This document shows positions 55,380 through 64,000 of a stretch of DNA of 64,000 bases, piece by piece (position 1 is the stretch's first letter; the number at the start of each line of letters is the position of its first letter). The stretch covers positions 60,574,001 through 60,638,000 of the forward strand of contig OZ024742.1 of NCBI GenBank assembly GCA_964016885.1, written 5' to 3'. The DNA is from Eledone cirrhosa. Its lineage: Eukaryota. The notes beneath the pieces are model-generated. The model did not search any database. It had not been told where the DNA came from and was given only the letters and a program-made list of their open reading frames with translations. A program made the translations under genes and the position numbers.

Positions 55380-56412
55380 GTACACAAATAAACATACATA
55401 TCTTTACTTCAATAGAAAATCTGAACTCTGACACCCCAGCGAACTAACCATATTCACTGAACCAGAACAATTCTCCCAATCACATTTCTCTTGACCACTA
55501 TCTTTCCCTTGTCATAACATTCTCTATAAAGGCTACAGAATAGATTTCCAAATAAGGGCGCGAAAATGTAATGAAAACATGTTCACGTGACAACCAAATT
55601 TCATTTATAACCAATCAAATCACGTTTATTAAAAAAAACCCATCGTGAGCCACTTTTTTTTTAAGTAAAGAAATTCAAACACACACAGACACAACACACA
55701 CACACACACACACGCACACACACACAAGCACACAAATAAACATACATATCTTTACTTTCTTTATTCAATAGAAAATCTGAATTCTGACACCCCAGGGAAC
55801 TAACCATATTCACTGAACCAGAACAATTCTCCCATCCCTTTCTCTTGACCATTATCTTTCACTTATCATAAAATTCTCTAAAAAGGCTACAGAATGGATT
55901 TCCAAATAAGGGCACGACATTTAATGAAAACTTGTTCACGTGACAGCCATAATTTCATTTATAATCAACCAAAAAAAAGCCTTCGTGAGCCCCTTTTTTC
56001 AAGTAAAAAGAAATTCAAACACTCATATGAAAAAACAACCTGTGACAACCCCCTCCCCCTCTTATTTGAAGAACTATTGTAACGCGAACTGGCGCGAAAT
56101 TTATTATAATTATTGACAAACCAATCAAATTACTTCTCGAAAAACCTGGCATTTCGAGCCACTTTTTCCATATAAAACAAGTAACATTCAGAGACCAACC
56201 AGATGTGAGAAAACCACAGACCTTCCATCTCAACTCACCTTTTGAAAAGCAGAAGAACTGCGAAACCGGTAAAGAAACCAAATAAATATATATATGTTTT
56301 TAAAAAATAAGACTCCAGTTGCATTTTCGATTTCATCTCTTTTTCTTCATACTTTCACTCGTGTAGGACACCTCGGTTAATTTTCAATTTGTAAAACAAA
56401 CCTCACTTTCTA

Positions 56413-56451
<39 letters not shown>

Positions 56452-56971
56452 AATATTTATTTATTAGTTATGGTGACGTTAGACACCCATACTCACACAT
56501 ACATATACACTCTCACATGCAAACTCTCTCTCACACACACACACGTACGTGTGTGTGTAGAACTATACATGTAGTAGGGATTAGCATGCTAACATCGCAA
56601 TTTGACGATGTATTCTCTAGAAGAAAATATCTAGAAGAATACCATTAAGAGAGTGAACTCTTACAATATCAGTTTGTATCTCGTTCTCTCTCTGTTTACA
56701 AATAGATGAACATATATATATATATATATATGGAATCTGAGTTTTTCGAATATTAATAATAATATTCGATTCGTTTGCAATGATGTAAATAAGCCTCATT
56801 TTTAAAGCCTTGTCAGTATAATGAGCCCCACATTCTTGCTCTTGTGTTGGCATGTAAAATGCAGGCACTAATGTTTCTGGGCTTCACCCTTCTTCAGTAC
56901 AGTTCACTGTTCACCTGCCAACTGTCAGAGCTAGTGAAAATATATGATATTTCCTAAAATATACAGTGACT

Positions 56972-57070
56972 GATCGGCCTGATTTGCATATTAACAGACT
57001 GGATTATCAGTCAGGCCTGCATATTAGCAGATCCACTGATCAGCCAGATTTGCATATCAGCAGACTGGCC
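56972..57070 (+). repeat. Three-unit 33-bp degenerate tandem repeat
   Basis: Units start at 56972, 57005 and 57038 and share TGCATATyArCAGA. Confidence 0.8.
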
Positions 57071-57868
57071 AGCCAGTTTCCTGTATACAAGCAATCAATG
57101 GCCGGCTTTGCCACATTCAAATAATATATATATATATATATATGCATATGCACTAGATGCTTATGGTTTTCTGTGTATATTATCTCATATGACCACGTAG
57201 AGACGGAGCGTGGCCAGAAATTCAAGAAGGGCGCGTTGCCAACCTTAAGTTGTGGGTCTACTACCATTGCTTTTAATCATGGGCATTTACCAATTCCTGG
57301 AGCTTCTGGAGCCTATATGTTGACCCATATGAATATAACTTGGTAGAAATCATCTTCTTCAATTGATTTTTACCTGTAATTCAACTAGCAAACCTAGTCT
57401 CTTACTAGTTAATTTAATGTATATTCTATTCCTTGATCGAACAACAGGAACACTCATCGTCGTAACCGAAGAATATATAGAATATATAGGCATGTATGTC
57501 TGGCCCTCAGTTGTATCAACACTAGTTTACATACGGAAATCTATGACTGTGTGCAATTGCCATATAAAGATAATTAATAGAATTTATTGACTGTCACACA
57601 AATCTCCGTAAGATCCAATTATCAGAGCATTATCACTTATTATGGAACGACAGATGCCGGGCTCTGTGAATATCTGTAAGAGAATTCACATATTTATAAA
57701 TTGATTCTTCTGAATTACTCATGGTCATGTGAAGAAATATTGTCGGTTATAATGTTTACATCGGCTGGCCTTAACGTCAATATGAGTATATTATAGTATT
57801 ATACATAGATACATACATATATGATATATATATATGCATACATACAAATATATGTGTGCACATATATG

Positions 57869-57964
<96 letters not shown>

Positions 57965-58545
57965 CAATCATACATATATAATGAGAAAGGGAAGAGGGGG
58001 AGTGGGAGTGAGAGAGGTGGTAAAGCTAAACAGAGAGAGATTTGGTTTCACAAAGTGTTTTATCTATCTATCTGTTTATCTAGATGGATGGATATGCGTA
58101 TGCGTAATATATATCCTCGTTAGTTGAGAACGTAGTCATTCAAACTGAAATATCACTGCGGGATTCAGGAGGCACGCATTTATTTTCTCTAATGCTAATG
58201 TACACTTTGCATGTGAGAGCTTTAAATGAAATATGGATGTAATTCCAAAGTTATGGGATCTATATAATCGATTGAATTTATTTATTTATCTATTAATTAT
58301 AAATATCCGGGAGGGTTATACCCAGCATGGTTGCTATCCATGCACCTAATCCACTATCAGGAGAATACACTACTTTATATTTTCTCTCGTCTTAATATAT
58401 TGTGATTTATTCTTTATTGTTCAACAACTATTGAGAAGTACTAGAATTACCACCATTTCTGCTTTATATACTTAATATAATAAATAAATCGATATTTCTT
58501 CATAACATTTTTTCATCTCATACTTTTAAACGATTTCATATTTGC

Positions 58546-58610
<65 letters not shown>

Positions 58611-58613
<3 letters not shown>

Positions 58614-58691
58614 CGTTTCTGAATTTGTTTAGCAAGATTCTTTATCTGAAATCGTGTGTTGAAACCGATATTGTTATACTTTGGGAGGGTC

Positions 58692-58693
<2 letters not shown>
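58611..58693 (-). repeat. Family A 3'-terminal fragment in (TA)n
   Basis: Reverse complement of 16414-16496. Confidence 0.9.
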
Positions 58694-58734
<41 letters not shown>

Positions 58735-58793
58735 AATATATATATGCATATATGTATCATTCATATATATATATGTATACATATATACATATG

Positions 58794-58826
<33 letters not shown>

Positions 58827-59254
58827 TTATTTATTTACTTGTTGTGTTGCTACTAACGTTTTACATTATTTGATATCTAAAATCCAATATAGAAAATAAT
58901 CTTTCTCAAATAGAATATCTTTGATAATGACAAATCAAAACACCTCTGATGTTCTTTATATATATATCCCTCTGTTTCTTTCTCAACCTCTCTTAATCCC
59001 CATCTCTGCCACTACTAAACAACCTAAATATTCGCGAAATCGATAGTTTGCTCAATACGAAAATGACAGTATTTAGCTTTGTTTACTATCTTTACATGGC
59101 TACAATAATGTCAGTGGTTACGGTTCACTAACTGTAAACCAATTGAATGTGAACAAATTTCATAACCACATACCAGTAACTGCACTCACCACGTTAGGTA
59201 TTCATTTGTTTTTTAACAGGCTTTAGTTATTAGCCTAAGCAATATCCTTTAGGG

Positions 59255-59662
59255 CAGGGATCGGCAACTTCTTTGCCTCAACGGGTCGGATCGAGTATTA
59301 ATGACGGATAGCGGGCCGGACAAAATCCGTAAAAGAATAATTATGTAAAATTACACAAGCTAAAATTTAATCACGAGTGTTGACTGTACTTAAAAATAAT
59401 TCGTATTAACCACAGATGATTGTAGTAATGCGACGAATTTTTAATTGCGTTTTTGTTGTCAAAGCGTTCACATCCGGTTGGTGGTGGACATTAGCTAGAT
59501 TGAATCAGAAGATTTGTGCAAGAATGTAACAGCAGGCCTTTTATTCTATTAGAAAGTTTCGTCTCTCATATTACAATAAATTTAAATTTTAAATAAACAA
59601 CGCATCGGGCATCAGTTCTCGCTGGCCGGATCCAGCCGCGGGCAGTAGTTCGCCCGCCCCTG
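59255..59662. mobile_element. hAT-superfamily MITE
   Basis: Imperfect TIRs CAGGGATCGGCAAC / GTTCGCCCGCCCCTG; exact 8-bp TSD CTTTAGGG at 59247-54 and 59663-70. Confidence 0.9.
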
Positions 59663-60149
59663 CTTTAGGGATTTAGGTGATCATATCGAATCTAGAATTT
59701 TTTTTTTAAACTACACAGATTTTACACATATGTCAGTGGCCAACCTGACGCCAGAGTATAAGACATGTGTAAAGCACCATGCATTCTGAGTAAATTCGAT
59801 AACATGTGGTGTCGATCGAACTCCTGAACTAACCCATCATGACTGCGACTATGACTAAAATTATTAAAGTATAAGCCTCACCGTGACAGTAAACAAGTGG
59901 ATGCATATGATTTTGCTATTCCTAAATAGCCGAAAAGACAAATGTAGAATGTACAACTTAATGTTTAGTACCAGTAATGTACTGGGTATTTGCTGGCCTT
60001 GTGCCAAAAGTAGAAACAATTATTTCTAAAGCTTATTAACTTACAAAGTGCATTTAACTATATTTGAATCTAGAACCAACAGACGCTGGTATATGAGTCA
60101 CATCACTGACATATAATTCATGCACATGCACGCACATGTATGTGTATGG

Positions 60150-60487
<338 letters not shown>

Positions 60488-60939
60488 TGTTTGGGGAGAT
60501 ACAATAATGTACCAGTAATGCAGTGGAGTCAATTTGATCGACTTTCCCCTGAACCAATGTTTTCATTTTTAGTTCAACCAGCCTATTATACGCACTTTGT
60601 TTTAAAAAAAAAAGACCTATAAGATCTTGCTTGCGCCCAATACGCCCGTATCGTCGATAGGAGGTCGAATGGAGAAGGATTATATACAGACTTTCTTACG
60701 ATAATCAGTTTGTATTTTTTTCACGTTTTAAAATCGAATCCTTCTTCTACGCGAGGAAAGTAATGTTATCTCGCAGCCTACCAACTGATACACAAATGCA
60801 CCAAAGAGTTCTGTTTAGGAGTTAATTGCGAGCATATATTGTATAAGCCAATGTGGTAGAGCCTATACATGATAGCTAGCCTGAGTAGAAATAGCAGCCA
60901 ATACTCCTTCAAACTATACCATAAGTATTATGTATGTAT

Positions 60940-61007
<68 letters not shown>

Positions 61008-61637
61008 ATACAATAACAGAGAAAGCTTTATGCTAAACTCTGATTGGCTACCATCTCACTCAACAAACATTAGGATATACGTTAGTATAATCCCAATTTT
61101 GTCTTTGGGGTGCTAACTATATGTATTTTGTGGAAAGCAGGTTGTATTATTTTATATGAGATATAATTAAAATTAAAATATATCTCTCTTTCCTAACAAT
61201 TGTTTCATTATAAGTTTTCTACAAGTTCGGAGAATGTTTCCGGTTTATGTAGAAGCCTACATATTTTTCTGTAAGAACACATGCAGGTGGGCACTTATAA
61301 ATCATCAGTGGATGCCCATTAAACTTTGATATAAGAAAACATTTTTACCGCAGTTATTTTTCGTGTCAGCTAAGTCGTCCCTTCACGCATCAAATGACCG
61401 CCAAATTTGAAATTCCAGCAGTCTTTAGACTGAGGAATTTCACAGCGGAAAAGGGAGGCAATCACGAATCACAAGAAAGTAAAATAATATACACGTGGGT
61501 TAATTAGTATTTTTAAAAACAATATCAATCCTGCGTGTTAAGAACTCAATTAATTTTTAAAAAATAAATGTATGCATGTATTAATTACACACGCATATAG
61601 ATATTTTCCTAGGCTAAATATATATATATATATTTCC

Positions 61638-62195
<558 letters not shown>

Positions 62196-62329
62196 TTTAC
62201 ATAGTTTTAGACCTAGTAAAAGTAGCAAAAAAGTCTCCCTCAAGTCACACCATACTCTGTTACGTACTTACCTACCTTCCTACCTCTCTCTATCACTCTC
62301 TGCATATATATATATATATATATATATAT

Positions 62330-62472
62330 AACGAAGGAAATGTGGTAAGGAACCAGGTGGACCATAACGCACCAAAGTACTCAATACTTGAGGTAGTAGA
62401 GTGGGTAATAGGAACCAGTAAGACCCCGACAGCTGAGCTCAAGCCGTTTCGACGGCTAATTCTGGACAGAAT
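62330..62472 (-). mobile_element. Family F copy with a minimal fold-back
   Basis: Same long arm ending ...AATTCTGGAC, then AGAAT and (AT)n. Confidence 0.85.
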
Positions 62473-62507
62473 ATATATATATGTGTGTGTGTGGGGGGGT
62501 CTGTGTC

Positions 62508-62539
<32 letters not shown>

Positions 62540-62569
62540 TATGTGTGTGTGTGTATGTGTGGTAAATAT

Positions 62570-63750
62570 ATATCTACTATCAAAGAGATAAATATAGGGA
62601 AATCTCCGTTTGGATGAAGTACCTGTTGAGCTGATTCACTTTGGAGGAGGCAATATTGCCACTCATGGGCTAATTTTATCAGTATGGCATGGAGAGCTAT
62701 CCTACAAGGCTGGGTAGATGCCATTTGCTCTCGATTTACAAGTGCAAAAGCTACAAGTCGGAATGCGGTGATTATCGTGGCATAAGTCTGCTCGAATCGG
62801 TAGGAAAAGTCTTATCCAAGGTCTTGCTGAATCGTCTAATAAAATGGATTTGCCCTGGTGTCATCCCTGAGACCCAGTGTGGATTCAGAGCTGGGTGGGG
62901 TACTATGGACATAATTTTCTTAGCCCGTCAACTATGGAGAAGTGTGTTATCCAGCAAGTGTTACTTTACCAAGTATTTGTGGACCTTACCAAAGCCTTTG
63001 GTACTGTTAATCGTAGTGCATTGTCGGTCATATTGAGTAAACTTGGATGCCCTCGTGAGTTTGTTGGAATATTTAGAAAATTCCATCAAGATATGAAAGC
63101 AAAGGTAAACTTCAATGGGACACTTTCAGAGCCAATTTCATTGAAAAATGGTGTTGAACGAGGTGACATACCTGCACCCACTCTATTCTCCATCTACTTT
63201 GCCGTGCTGCTGACATGTGCCTTCCAAGATTTCGAAATCGGTGTATACTTGCGAATTAAAACCTCTGGCAAAGTATTTAATCTCAGACGATTTAACACCA
63301 AGTCCAAAAATGTTAGCACTCTTGTTAGGGAGTTCCTATATGCTGATGAAGTAGAAGACATGCAGTTGATATTGGACACCATTTCCAATGCATGTACTGT
63401 GTTTGGGCTAAATATTCTTCTAAAAAAGACAAAGGCCATGTACACTTCCCCAGTTGGGAAAGTGTATGTGTAGTCAGACGTTTTAGTGAGAGGAAAATGA
63501 TAGGTATTGGCAGGAGACAGACAGTTTAAGTGTCACATCTGTGAACATATCTGCAAAACAAAAGTGGGTGTGAAAAGTGATTTGCGTGCACATGACCGTG
63601 CAATGATCAATGAAGGGATGGCACTCTTCTGACAAGAAGTAACAATCAACATATATATATATAAGACAAAAGAGCGAGGCCACTACACGATAGCTGGGCA
63701 TAATAGAAATAGCTGCTAATTCTCTCTCAAATTACACCCTACAGTCTTAT
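62570..63750 (+). mobile_element. RTE-BovB-like LINE remnant
   Basis: DYRGISLL, PETQCGFR, VFVDLTKAF, NGVERGDIPAPTLFSIYF, FLYAD; frameshifted; boundaries approximate. Confidence 0.88.
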
Positions 63751-64000
63751 GTTTGTATGGGCTAATAGTAACTAGACTAAAATTAGTAGCCAAATCGTCC
63801 TCATTCTATACATTTGTCCATCTAAGTGTGAAAGCGTTACCGGAACATAGTAAATTGATTTTGTCTACCCCCGGGGTGGGGGGGGGGGGGGTTAGACAAG
63901 GGCTGAAAACCCCACTTGCCGATTTTGTAAGGGGTAACCCCTGCTTACAAAGGTAGACGTAACTTTTTTATCTGTTCCTCTATATTTCCTTCTTCCCCCC

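Larger units (their letters stand above)
51327..56412 (+). mobile_element. PLE (family E, Neptune-like) with inverted 5' arm 51327-52074
   Basis: Arm is the reverse complement of about 55598-56347; RT and GIY-YIG lie inside; 3' UTR has tandem sub-repeats; (TA)n flanks. Confidence 0.92.

Overview
AT-rich, microsatellite-dense animal genomic DNA. The repeat repertoire suggests a cephalopod such as Octopus (inference). No host exon, tRNA gene or rRNA gene can be supported, and most ORF-track hits are (TA)n/(CA)n translations or antisense shadows. Penelope-like elements (PLEs; RT plus C-terminal GIY-YIG) dominate: one near-intact copy (46142-51311), three decayed or truncated coding copies, and many short non-coding pseudo-LTR units. 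Nearly all sit in (TA)n arrays, and most carry a fold-back inverted arm. About a dozen repeat families carry a complete or partial hammerhead-ribozyme motif, including core variants (U3-A8, CCGUUGA, extra nucleotide after A9). The strongest signal is in two diverged short families (13146-13530 and 15232-15405; 45753-46122). They contain all three hammerhead core strands in a non-circularly permuted, pseudoknotted order, with identical spacing and several compensatory base changes. Also present: a near-intact R4/Dong-type RLE LINE next to (TAA)n, L1/Tx1, RTE and RTE-BovB LINE remnants, tRNA-head SINEs, a mariner derivative, a hAT MITE and a Helitron fragment.
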